Part shown: positions 33,773 to 42,959 of the stretch, one piece after another | How the letters are laid out: every line of letters begins with the position of its first letter | How positions within the stretch are numbered: the first letter of the stretch is position 1 | Assembly (NCBI GenBank): GCA_047150005.1 | Contig: AP038806.1 | Span: forward strand, 2,048,001 to 2,112,000 | From: Nitrospira sp. | GTDB taxonomy: Bacteria > Nitrospirota > Nitrospiria > Nitrospirales > Nitrospiraceae | Reading direction: 5' to 3' | Length of the DNA: 64,000 bases | Notes under the pieces: generated by a model | The model's input: only the letters and a program-made list of their open reading frames with translations | Databases searched by the model: none | Told to the model about the DNA's origin: nothing | Made by a program: the position numbers and the translations under genes

Positions 33773-36574
33773 ATGGCCAAGCATCGATCGGCCAAGAAGC
33801 AGGTGAGAAAGAACGCGAAACCGGCGGTCGAACCCTTGCCCTATCAGCATCCCGAAGCCAAGAGCCTCATGAGGCCTGAGGTGGGGACGCAGGCGCAGTT
33901 CAAGAAGAAGAAACCGCCGAAGACGTACCGCTATGATTCGTCTCTCTCACCGGCGCTCGATTGGGATGCCAAGAATGCTGCGCGAGAACAGGGCGAGGCG
34001 CTTGTCAAGCAAGTGCTCGACGCCAAGACCCTCGAAGCCGCGAAGTCAGCCGCGTCCAAACTCAAGAGTCTCAGCAAGCCGTTTCTGAATTGGGCCGGCA
34101 AGGCCGAGCGGCTCTCGTTCGATGTGCCGACCTTGCCGCTGTTCATTCACGAGCGGCTCTCCACCAAAGCCATCATCGAAACGCTGGCCGGCCACAAGAC
34201 CGACAAGCAAGAGGATCTGTTCGCGCTCTTCGGCGATCCGCAACATTCGATCACCGATCAGGTGTTGAAAGCCTACGAGTACCAGGACAATTGGACCAAC
34301 CGCATGGTCCTGGGCGATTCATTGGTCGTCATGAACTCGCTGCTGCACTACGAAGGTTTGGGCGGGCAGGTGCAGATGATCTACATGGACCCGCCGTATG
34401 GCGTGAAGTTCGGCAGCAACTTCCAGCCGTTCGTCCGCAAGCGCGATGTGTCCCACAACGACGACGAGGACATGACCCGCGAGCCTGAAATGGTCCAGGC
34501 CTATCGGGATACCTGGGAACTGGGGCTGCACTCGTATCTTACATATCTACGCGATCGGCTCTTGCTCGCCCGCGACCTGCTGACCCCCAGCGGCAGCATC
34601 TTCGTCCAGATCAGTGACGAGAACCTGCACCATGTGCGGGAAGTGATGGATGAGGTGTTCGGGTCGGACAATTGCGTCTCCGTTATCGCATTTCAAAAGA
34701 CAAGTAGCGCATCAGGGGATCTTCTCTCGTCAATATCTGACTACCTTCTTTGGTTTGCCAAGGAGAAGAGTGCTTTAAAATATCGCCAACTTTATGTCCC
34801 GAAGAAGATTGGCGAGGATGGCGGCGAGCAATACACATGGGTTCAGTTTAAAGATGGAATCAGAAAGAACCTGGGGAGCGCGGATAAGTTGCGAGATCTT
34901 CCAGAAGGAACAAAGGTATTTCGGCAGGATAATCTTACGAGTCAGCGACCGGCGCAGGAAGGGGATGTCCGAGAGTTTGAATTCGAGGGAAGGAACTTTG
35001 CTCCGGGTAAGGGCACCTTCAAGTCAAATTTCACCGGGCTCTCAAATCTAGCTAAAGCTAAGCGCCTGATAGCAGTTGGTAATACTCTCGCCTACGTACG
35101 CTATTTTGATGACTTCCCGGTATTCCCGATCTCCAACGTCTGGAGCGACACAGTCATTTCAGGCTTCTCTGCAGAAAAGTTGTACGTTGTTCAAACTAGT
35201 CCGACGGTCATTCAACGTTGTCTCCTCATGACCACTGATCCTGGCGATCTTGTCCTCGATCCGACCTGTGGCAGCGGCACAACGGCCTATGTCGCCGAGC
35301 AGTGGGGGCGGCGCTGGATTACGTGTGACACCAGCCGAGTGCCGTTGGCCCTGGCGCGGCAGCGGCTTCTGACCGCCACCTTTCCTTGGTACGAGTTGAA
35401 AGACCAACATCGTGGCCCAGCCGGTGGATTTGTGTACAAACGGAAGCAGAATAAGAAAGGCGAAGAGGTCGGCGGCATTGTCCCGCACATCACGCTCAAG
35501 TCGATCGCAAACAACGAACCGCCGGCTGAAGAAGTACTGGTGGATCGGCCTGAAGTAGAAAGCGGCATCACGCGCGTGACCGGTCCCTTCTGTGTCGAAG
35601 CGACGATCCCCACGCCGGTGGATTGGGAGGGCGATGGCGTCGAGGATTCCGGTGCCGCCGAGTTGCACGGCTCGTTCGTGGATCGCATGCTGGAAGTGCT
35701 GCGCAAGAGTCCAATACTACGGCTTGGAGGGAACAAGACCGTCACGCTGAAGAACATCCGTCCGCCCGCGAAGACGCTCTCGCTCTCGGCGGAAGCCCTT
35801 GCACCCCTCACCCCCGCCCTCTCCCCTGCAACAGGGGCGAGGGAGAAAGAGGGAGCAAGACCATCGAGAGACTCCCTCTCCCCTGGAGGGAGAGGGCAGG
35901 GTGAGGGGGATTCCCCCGTTGCCTTTGTCTTCGGCCCAGAGAATGGCGCCGTCAGCGAAAAGCTGGTTTATGAAGCGGCGCGTGAGGCCCATGCGAAGAA
36001 CTACACCCATCTCTATGTGATTGGCTTTGCCATTCAGCCTAACGCCCGTACGCTGGTCGATAAGTGCGCCGACGTGATGGGCGTGCCTGCGACCTATGTG
36101 CAGGCGACGCCGGATTTGATGATGGGCGATCTGTTGAAGAATATGCGGTCGAGCCAGATTTTCAGCGTGTGCGGACAGCCGGAGATTGCGGTGCGGAAGG
36201 TCAAGAGCCCCTCACCCCCACCCTCTCCCCAGCGGGGCGAGGGGGTACAGTATCAAGTCGAGCTGCTCGGCCTGGACCTGTTCGATCCCATCACGATGGA
36301 CGTGACGCATCGCAGCGGCAACGACGTACCGGCCTGGTTCCTGGATACGAACTACAACGACCTCTGTTTCCATGTGTCGCAAGCCTTCTTCCCCCGCACC
36401 AGCGCCTGGGACAATCTGAAGAAGGCGCTCAAGGGCGAGTATGAAGAAAGCGTGTGGGATCACTTGTCCGGCGCAGTCAGCGCCCCGTTCGAGCCGGGCG
36501 AGCACAAGCAGATCGCCGTCAAAGTGATCGACGATCGCGGCAACGAATTGCTGGTGGTGAAGAAACTGACGTAA
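33773..36574 (+). CDS. mod: Type III-like restriction-modification N6-adenine DNA methyltransferase (Mod)
   Basis: QMIYMDPPYG (motif IV) precedes VLDPTCGSGTT (motif I), i.e. beta-class order, with a TRD between; C-terminal IAVKVIDDRGNE. Confidence 0.9.
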   Translation: MAKHRSAKKQVRKNAKPAVEPLPYQHPEAKSLMRPEVGTQAQFKKKKPPKTYRYDSSLSPALDWDAKNAAREQGEALVKQVLDAKTLEAAKSAASKLKSLSKPFLNWAGKAERLSFDVPTLPLFIHERLSTKAIIETLAGHKTDKQEDLFALFGDPQHSITDQVLKAYEYQDNWTNRMVLGDSLVVMNSLLHYEGLGGQVQMIYMDPPYGVKFGSNFQPFVRKRDVSHNDDEDMTREPEMVQAYRDTWELGLHSYLTYLRDRLLLARDLLTPSGSIFVQISDENLHHVREVMDEVFGSDNCVSVIAFQKTSSASGDLLSSISDYLLWFAKEKSALKYRQLYVPKKIGEDGGEQYTWVQFKDGIRKNLGSADKLRDLPEGTKVFRQDNLTSQRPAQEGDVREFEFEGRNFAPGKGTFKSNFTGLSNLAKAKRLIAVGNTLAYVRYFDDFPVFPISNVWSDTVISGFSAEKLYVVQTSPTVIQRCLLMTTDPGDLVLDPTCGSGTTAYVAEQWGRRWITCDTSRVPLALARQRLLTATFPWYELKDQHRGPAGGFVYKRKQNKKGEEVGGIVPHITLKSIANNEPPAEEVLVDRPEVESGITRVTGPFCVEATIPTPVDWEGDGVEDSGAAELHGSFVDRMLEVLRKSPILRLGGNKTVTLKNIRPPAKTLSLSAEALAPLTPALSPATGAREKEGARPSRDSLSPGGRGQGEGDSPVAFVFGPENGAVSEKLVYEAAREAHAKNYTHLYVIGFAIQPNARTLVDKCADVMGVPATYVQATPDLMMGDLLKNMRSSQIFSVCGQPEIAVRKVKSPSPPPSPQRGEGVQYQVELLGLDLFDPITMDVTHRSGNDVPAWFLDTNYNDLCFHVSQAFFPRTSAWDNLKKALKGEYEESVWDHLSGAVSAPFEPGEHKQIAVKVIDDRGNELLVVKKLT
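35804..35908. repeat. 105-bp palindromic element inserted in-frame in mod
   Basis: Termini CCCCTCACCC / GGGTGAGGGG, two internal CCCTCTCCC..GGG hairpins; encodes PLTPALSP...GRGQGEG. Confidence 0.85.
36208..36245. repeat. Half copy of the same palindromic element, in-frame in mod
   Basis: CCCCTCACCCCCACCCTCTCCCCAGCGGGGCGAGGGGG; encodes SPSPPPSPQRGEG. Confidence 0.8.
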
Positions 36575-36612
36575 TAAGATGTAGCTGATCGATGCCAAGG
36601 AGGATCCCCGCT

Positions 36613-36843
36613 ATGCCGTCTCTTGAAGAGCGGATCAAAGGCTTACCCCCTGATCTCCGACGTGAAGTAGAGGACTTTGTCGACTTCTTGATCGATCGCC
36701 GCGCCCCTCATCAAAGAGGCAACATGAAGTTTGCGTGGGAGGGAGCGCTTGCTGATTTGCGAGATCAGTACACCTCCGTCGATTTGCAGCATAAGATTTT
36801 CGAATATGGAGAGGGTGAAAAAAGCAAACGGCTCCCGGGTTAG
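36613..36843 (+). CDS. DUF2281-type antitoxin, copy 1
   Basis: LPPDLRREVEDFVDFL, FAWEGALADLRDQYTSVDLQHK. Confidence 0.8.
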   Translation: MPSLEERIKGLPPDLRREVEDFVDFLIDRRAPHQRGNMKFAWEGALADLRDQYTSVDLQHKIFEYGEGEKSKRLPG

Positions 36844-36882
36844 AATAAGCAAGCGCCACCGCGTCCATGAAGGAGAGGTCAA

Positions 36883-37095
36883 ATGAAAGAGCTTCAGGAG
36901 TTACTTGAGGAACTGCCACCCCATCTCCAAAAGGAAGTTCTGGATTTCGCGGAGTTTCTTCTTGAGAAGAGCAAGAAAAGACCTGAAGGGGCGCCACACT
37001 TCCAATGGGCGGGAGCGTTGAAGGATCTTCGCGATCAATACACCTCCGTGGAACTGCAACATAAAGCTTCCGACTGGCGAGTCGGTGAGAAATGA
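36883..37095 (+). CDS. DUF2281-type antitoxin, copy 2
   Basis: LPPHLQKEVLDFAEFL, FQWAGALKDLRDQYTSVELQHK; ATGA overlap with the PIN gene. Confidence 0.85.
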   Translation: MKELQELLEELPPHLQKEVLDFAEFLLEKSKKRPEGAPHFQWAGALKDLRDQYTSVELQHKASDWRVGEK

Positions 37096-37496
37096 ATCTT
37101 TTCATCGACGCCAATATCATCCTGGAGATCATCCTGGGACAGCATCATGACCAAGAGGCTCGCTCCCTCCTCTCGACGACGGATCGCCACCACCTGTTTC
37201 TCTCGGATTTTTCCCTTCATTCAATCGGAGTCATTCTGTTCAGGCGAAATCAACCCGATGCGTTCCTCGATTTTTGCTCAGACATGGTTGAGCCAGGGAG
37301 GCTGGCTGTTATTGGTTTGTCGGTTCAGCATATGAGCCTTGTGGCCCAAGTCTCAAAACAGTTCCGCCTCGATTTCGACGATGCCTACCAATATGTGACT
37401 GCCGACAAACACAATCTGGTCATCGTGAGCTTCGATGCCGACTTCGACCGAACTGAACGGGGGAGAAAGACCCCTCAGGCAGTTCTGCAAACCTGA
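37092..37496 (+). CDS. PIN-domain (VapC) toxin
   Basis: FIDANIILE, LDFDDAYQY, IVSFDADFD. Confidence 0.9.
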   Translation: MNLFIDANIILEIILGQHHDQEARSLLSTTDRHHLFLSDFSLHSIGVILFRRNQPDAFLDFCSDMVEPGRLAVIGLSVQHMSLVAQVSKQFRLDFDDAYQYVTADKHNLVIVSFDADFDRTERGRKTPQAVLQT

Positions 37497-37501
37497 CGGC
37501 C

Positions 37502-40500
37502 ATGAGCGGCTACGAAGTTCCTGAACCCATCCTCAATTCCCCGTTCGACGAACCAACCGAACATTGGCACATTGTTGAAGGCGAGACTCCCGAGCGGCGT
37601 CCAGGGCGCCGCCCGGCGATGTATTTCTATCGCGATCCCAAAGCCAAGCCGGACACGGAAGCCGGTCGGGTCGTCGGCACCGCTATCGAACTCAAACTGG
37701 TGAATCGCATCCGCGTTCAGGTGAAGAAGTGGCGGCTTGAGGGCTATCCCGGCGTGACGAGAACGACATTGGAGTTGTTGCAGTGGTGGCGGCGGGAGGG
37801 GCGATCGCAGCGGCTCTTCTTTGCGCAGCTCGATGCGGCGGAGACGATTATCTTTCTGAAGGAGGCCCGTGCCGACTTTCGGCAGGGTCTTGAGATTCCA
37901 CAGGAAGAGGTCAGCGAGGAGAAGCGTCAGGACGGTTTCGCCGGATTTCTCCGCTATGCCTGCAAGATGGCGACCGGCTCCGGCAAGACGACCGTGATGG
38001 GGATGCTGGCCGCCTGGAGCATTCTCAATAAGGTGAACGATCGAAACGACGCCAGATTTTCCGATGTCGTCTTGATCGTCTGCCCGAATGTCACGATCAA
38101 GAACCGGCTCCGAGAGCTGGATCCCGAAGGCGGCGAGGCCAGTCTCTACCGCACACGCGATCTCGTGCCGTCCCATCTGATGCCGTTGCTGACGCAGGGT
38201 AGAGTGCTGGTCACGAACTGGCATGTGTTCGAGCCTCAAGCCATTCAAACCGGGGGTGTCGGCGCGCGCGTGAATAAAGCCGGGGTCGAAGTGCATGCGA
38301 AGGAAACCATCACCATTGGCTCCAAAACCACGACGGCCCGTGGGACTCGCTACCTCACCCTGGACGATCTGGAACGGCAGGTAGCAGCCGGTTTGCTCAC
38401 GATACTCGGCGAAGAACGGGAAACGGACGGGTCGTTGAAGAAGGTGACGGTGGAATCGCGCCGCTATGTCGAAAGCGATACCGCTCTGGTCAACCGCATT
38501 CTTGGGCGTGAAGTGGGCGGGAAGCAGAACATTTTGGTGATGAACGATGAAGCGCACCATGCGTATCGCATCGTGCGTGAAGAGCGAGACGAGGACGAAG
38601 CGGATCTCTTCGGAGAGGATGAAGAGGCCGAAGATTTCTTCAAGGAAGCGACCGTGTGGGTTGACGGACTGGATCGGATTCAGAAACTGCGCGGCATCAA
38701 CTTCTGCCTCGATCTCTCCGCGACGCCGTATTTCCTTGGCCGGGTCGGTCAGGACACCAACCGGCCCTTTCCGTGGGTGGTGAGCGACTTCGGGCTGATC
38801 GACGCGATCGAGTCAGGGTTGGTGAAGATCCCGCAACTGGCTGTTCGGGATACGACGGGCAAGGACATTCCCGGCTACTTCAACATCTGGCACTGGATTC
38901 TTCCCCAACTGACTCCGGCTGAACGAGGAGGGAAGAAGGCGAACCCCAAACCTGAGGCCATCTTGAAATACGCCCACCATCCGATCGCGATGCTGGGCAG
39001 TCTGTGGGACAAGGAACGGGAGGATTGGGTGAAGGATCGAGGCGAATCGCGGCCGCCTGTCTTTATTCTTGTCTGCAAGAACACGCAGATTGCCAAGGTG
39101 CTCTATGAATGGCTGGCGGAAGATAAGGCACCGACCGGGATTCCGCCCGTGAAGATCGAAGGATTCAAAAACACGGACCGGCAGAATACGATCCGCGTGG
39201 ATTCCAAGGTGGTCCATGAATCGGATTCCGGCGAAGCGAAGAATGATGAAGTTCGTTGGATGCGCTTCACGCTCGATACGGTCGGGAAAACAGCGTGGCC
39301 GGCGGATCGGGTGGGCCGGCCTCTCTGTCCGGAAGGTTTTCAGGAACTGGCGGAGAAGCTCGGGCGTCCGGATCATCCACCGGGTCGGGACGTGCGTTGT
39401 ATCGTGAGTGTGGGCATGTTGACGGAGGGATGGGACTGCAACACCGTGACGCATATCATCGGGTTGCGTCCGTTCATGTCGCAGTTGCTCTGCGAGCAGG
39501 TGGTGGGGCGGGGGTTGCGGCGAGCCAACTACGAAGTCGGCGCCGACGGCAAGCTGACCGAGGAAGTGGCAAAGGTGTTCGGCGTGCCGTTTGAAGTGAT
39601 CCCGTTCAAGGCGAACCCTCAAGGGCAGCCGCAGCCTCGCGTGAAGCGATATCATGTGCACGCCGTTCCCGCGAAAGCCCGGTTTGAAATCACCTTCCCG
39701 CGTGTCGAAGGCTATACCCAGGCGATCCGCAATCGAGTGACCGTGGAATGGGGGACTGTTCCTTCCCTCGTGTTAGAACCGGGCCGAATTCCGCCCGAGG
39801 TCGAAGTCAAAGGCCTGCATGCCACCACCAAAGGGAAGCTCACCTTGGGCGGTCCCGGTCGGGTGGACGAGGTGAACCTCGACGAGTTCCGTGCTAAGCG
39901 GCGCGTGCAGGAGCTGGTGTTCGATCTCGCGAACACGCTCGCGCGGGAGTATGTCGCCCAGAAGCAGTGCGCGATTCCCACGCACCGATTATTTCCTCAG
40001 TTGGCACGGATCATTCAGGAATACGTTGACAAGAAAGTCGAGGCTCGAACGCCGGCTGATAAGAAGGATGTGTTTCTTGCTCCCTACTACGGGTGGGTCG
40101 TTGAGAGGCTGTTGGAGGCGATCCGTCCCGACATGAGTCAAGGGGAGGCGCCGGAAGTTCCTCGGTATGAGGCCACCCGCGGGGCAGGTTCAACGGCTGA
40201 CGTGGACTTCTGGACCAGCCGTGAGGTGCGCGAGGTGAATAAGTCCCACCTCAACTATGTGGTGGCCGATACGAAACAATGGGAACAATCGGCGGCCTAT
40301 TACCTCGATACGCATGCGCATGTCGAGGCGTTTGTCAAAAACGCTGGTCTTGGGTTTGCCATTCCTTACCTGGACAATGGCCAGATGCATGATTACGTGC
40401 CGGACTTCATCGTGCGATTGAAGACCGAACCGGTCAGCTACCTGATCTTGGAAACCAAGGGGTACGATCCCTTGGAGGAGGTCAAGCGAGCCGCCGCCGA

Positions 40501-40597
40501 ACGGTGGGTTGCGGCGGTCAACGCAGATGGCACGCACGGTAGTTGGCGGTATGCCGTCGCGAAGAAGGTTGCGGACGTTCCTGTGTTGCTCGGTTGA
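37502..40597 (+). CDS. res: Type III restriction endonuclease subunit (SF2 helicase + PD-(D/E)xK nuclease)
   Basis: MATGSGKT, NDEAHHAY, LSATP, MLTEGWD, EQVVGRGLRR, YVPDFIV..ILETKG. Confidence 0.9.
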   Translation: MSGYEVPEPILNSPFDEPTEHWHIVEGETPERRPGRRPAMYFYRDPKAKPDTEAGRVVGTAIELKLVNRIRVQVKKWRLEGYPGVTRTTLELLQWWRREGRSQRLFFAQLDAAETIIFLKEARADFRQGLEIPQEEVSEEKRQDGFAGFLRYACKMATGSGKTTVMGMLAAWSILNKVNDRNDARFSDVVLIVCPNVTIKNRLRELDPEGGEASLYRTRDLVPSHLMPLLTQGRVLVTNWHVFEPQAIQTGGVGARVNKAGVEVHAKETITIGSKTTTARGTRYLTLDDLERQVAAGLLTILGEERETDGSLKKVTVESRRYVESDTALVNRILGREVGGKQNILVMNDEAHHAYRIVREERDEDEADLFGEDEEAEDFFKEATVWVDGLDRIQKLRGINFCLDLSATPYFLGRVGQDTNRPFPWVVSDFGLIDAIESGLVKIPQLAVRDTTGKDIPGYFNIWHWILPQLTPAERGGKKANPKPEAILKYAHHPIAMLGSLWDKEREDWVKDRGESRPPVFILVCKNTQIAKVLYEWLAEDKAPTGIPPVKIEGFKNTDRQNTIRVDSKVVHESDSGEAKNDEVRWMRFTLDTVGKTAWPADRVGRPLCPEGFQELAEKLGRPDHPPGRDVRCIVSVGMLTEGWDCNTVTHIIGLRPFMSQLLCEQVVGRGLRRANYEVGADGKLTEEVAKVFGVPFEVIPFKANPQGQPQPRVKRYHVHAVPAKARFEITFPRVEGYTQAIRNRVTVEWGTVPSLVLEPGRIPPEVEVKGLHATTKGKLTLGGPGRVDEVNLDEFRAKRRVQELVFDLANTLAREYVAQKQCAIPTHRLFPQLARIIQEYVDKKVEARTPADKKDVFLAPYYGWVVERLLEAIRPDMSQGEAPEVPRYEATRGAGSTADVDFWTSREVREVNKSHLNYVVADTKQWEQSAAYYLDTHAHVEAFVKNAGLGFAIPYLDNGQMHDYVPDFIVRLKTEPVSYLILETKGYDPLEEVKRAAAERWVAAVNADGTHGSWRYAVAKKVADVPVLLG

Positions 40598-40645
40598 TAC
40601 CTCGTTCGTCGCGACAGGCCACCTGTCCGATCCCTGGAGATTCCC

Positions 40646-42241
40646 TTGGGCGAAACGCGCGTTGACCTCCAGCATCTGCTCGAAGACCTGCGCGATGCGT
40701 ATCCTGGCGCGCTGGAAGAAACCATCCTCACGGAAATCGTTGCCAATTCGCTGGACTCCGGCGCGACGTGCCTCCGCGTCACGGCCGATCCGGCTGCGTC
40801 CACGCTCACGATTGTCGACGATGGATCGGGCATGCGACGAAGAGATCTCGTTCGCTACCACGATCTGGCCGCCAGCACGAAGACGCGTGGCCATGGGATC
40901 GGTTTCGCCGGGGTCGGGATGAAGCTCGGTCTGCTGGTGTGCGAAGAGGTCGTGACCGAAACGCGGCGCGGGAAGGAACACGTGGCGAGCCGCTGGCATT
41001 TGGCCGGACGTCACAAGGCGCCGTGGAAATGGATTCCGCCGCCTGGGTTGGTGCCCGAGCATGGCACGGCGGTGCAACTGAAGCTGCACAATGCGCTCTC
41101 GCCGCTCCTCGATGACGGCTATCTTGAAGGGGCGCTGCGCCGGCAGTATCAGCCGCTGCTGGAGCCGGAGTTCGACGAGATGCTGATCCTGCATTATCCC
41201 AAGGGCTTCCGGTTCGAGGTCAATGGACGATTGCTTGGGCGTCAGCATGCCCATGGGGCGGAGGTGTCGAGACTGGCTGTTTGCCTTGCGCGCAAGCGCA
41301 GGCCGACGGCGGTCGGCTATCTGGCGCGAAGCGAGTCTCCGTTTCCGGAGGACCAGCGTGGCATGGCGATTAGTACGTATGGCAAGGTCATCAAACGCGG
41401 ATGGGATTGGCTGGGGATTACGCCGGCTGCTCCGGACCGAATGGCGGGGATGATCGAGGCGCCTGCGCTGGCCGCAGCGCTGACTCTGAACAAAGGGGAT
41501 TTTGTTCGTGTCGGCGCCAGAGGCGCATTGTATCTGGGGTATCGTAAGGCCATTCAAGAGGCCGTCTCGCAGCAATTGTCTCATTGGGGTGACGTTCGTG
41601 AAACCGGCGACAAGGCCGGCCGCCGCGCCGTACGGCCGCTGGAGCGTGATCTGGAAACCGTCTTGGTGGATCTGGCCGAAGAATTTCCGCTGCTGGCATC
41701 ACTGGTCGAGCAGCGAGCCGGCGGACAGAAACGATTGCCGATCGGACCGACCGGTTCGCTGGAGGATGGTCGCGGGCTGCTCGCGGCCTCCGTCATCGTC
41801 GGCGCAGAGGCGCTCGATGAGATAGCCGCGACTCCCGACGTGCCGCAAGCGCCCGAAGAATCCACGCCGCCGACCGATGCAGAGTCAGCAGTCGCGCAGC
41901 CGGAACCGGAGTCTTCGTCGGGCGTCGCCGTCGTGCCGGGACCCAAGGGGCGGTCACGACCTGGCCGTTATGGACTCACCATCCGGTTCGAGTCCCGTGC
42001 CGGCGACCCCGATCTTGGGCGCCTTATCGAATCCACCGTCGTCATCAACGACGCGCATCCCGCCTATCGCCGCGCCCTCGCGTCCCGCTCGGAGGGTTAT
42101 CACATCGCCCTGGCCGTCGGACTGGCACTTGCTCGCCTCGCCGTCCCGCCCGCTGAAGCGCACGAGTTTGTGACGTCCTTTCTGACCCGGTGGGGCGAAG
42201 CCCTCGACGGGACCCGCCGCAGATCCCGCAAGCGATCCTAA
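40646..42241 (+). CDS. GHKL (HATPase_c_3 / MORC-like) ATPase
   Basis: TEIVANSLD (N box), DDGSG (G1), GIGFAGVGMK (G2); Pro/Glu-rich linker, then INDAHPAY; TTG start. Confidence 0.8.
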   Translation: MGETRVDLQHLLEDLRDAYPGALEETILTEIVANSLDSGATCLRVTADPAASTLTIVDDGSGMRRRDLVRYHDLAASTKTRGHGIGFAGVGMKLGLLVCEEVVTETRRGKEHVASRWHLAGRHKAPWKWIPPPGLVPEHGTAVQLKLHNALSPLLDDGYLEGALRRQYQPLLEPEFDEMLILHYPKGFRFEVNGRLLGRQHAHGAEVSRLAVCLARKRRPTAVGYLARSESPFPEDQRGMAISTYGKVIKRGWDWLGITPAAPDRMAGMIEAPALAAALTLNKGDFVRVGARGALYLGYRKAIQEAVSQQLSHWGDVRETGDKAGRRAVRPLERDLETVLVDLAEEFPLLASLVEQRAGGQKRLPIGPTGSLEDGRGLLAASVIVGAEALDEIAATPDVPQAPEESTPPTDAESAVAQPEPESSSGVAVVPGPKGRSRPGRYGLTIRFESRAGDPDLGRLIESTVVINDAHPAYRRALASRSEGYHIALAVGLALARLAVPPAEAHEFVTSFLTRWGEALDGTRRRSRKRS

Positions 42242-42252
42242 AAAGACAACGT

Positions 42253-42627
42253 TTACTCCCCGAAGAGGATAATGCCCTGGATCATCCGATAGTGACGTTT
42301 ATTCCGTGTAAGCAGAGGAAGATGTTTGACAAGTGCGGCTGCCGCGATGAGCGCATCGCCCTTTTCAAGCGAGGGATGACGGCGACGAAGGCCCGAATAT
42401 TTCGTCGCGATGGCATCGGACAGGGGGATGAGTCGACATCGGCTCAATTCATCTTCAATGCCTTCTCGCTCGGCGTCGCGAAGTCCGGGCCTGGTGAGCA
42501 GTTCTTTCCTGGTTACGACGGAGTAGTACAGGATGAAACCGGCAGAATCGAAGAGCGTATGGAACCGGGCGGTATTGAAATAATCGATGAAGATGTCGGT
42601 GTCTACGAGGAGCGAGATTTTTGCCAT
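42253..42627 (-). CDS. PIN-domain (VapC) toxin
   Basis: [37 protein letters not shown]. Confidence 0.9.
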   Translation of the reverse strand: MAKISLLVDTDIFIDYFNTARFHTLFDSAGFILYYSVVTRKELLTRPGLRDAEREGIEDELSRCRLIPLSDAIATKYSGLRRRHPSLEKGDALIAAAALVKHLPLLTRNKRHYRMIQGIILFGE

Positions 42628-42872
42628 GCCTCAATCTCGTCCAGGAAGATGCTATCGGATTGCCGGCGGCCCTGTTTGCGCAGAGCCGTCACGTACGCAG
42701 CGCTGTCCTCCACGTCCGTATGTCCGAACGGATTGAATTTCTCTCTGACAAGGTTTTCCAGCAGGGTCACGGGATAGATTCCTCGGCGCTTGGCGGCTTT
42801 CACGACCAGGCTTTTCAGCTCGGGATCGAACGACAACGTCCACTTTTCTTTTCGCAGAGCCGATTTCGCCAT
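42603..42872 (-). CDS. Putative antitoxin (RHH-like) paired with the PIN toxin
   Basis: GGAGG RBS, TTGACA-N17-TAATAT promoter upstream, [30 protein letters not shown]; overlaps the toxin start. Confidence 0.75.
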   Translation of the reverse strand: MAKSALRKEKWTLSFDPELKSLVVKAAKRRGIYPVTLLENLVREKFNPFGHTDVEDSAAYVTALRKQGRRQSDSIFLDEIEAWQKSRSS

Positions 42873-42959
42873 GTAAGCCTCCCTTGCAACCATACGTATA
42901 TTAGACGTGCGATCAATCAGTGTCAAGGTCGAGCCTTGGATGGTATAATCCCGTTCCTC

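Noticed and set aside
33773..36574. Phase-variable mod (phasevarion)
   Set aside because: No simple-sequence repeat tract was seen in the ORF or promoter; the inserts are palindromes that keep the frame.
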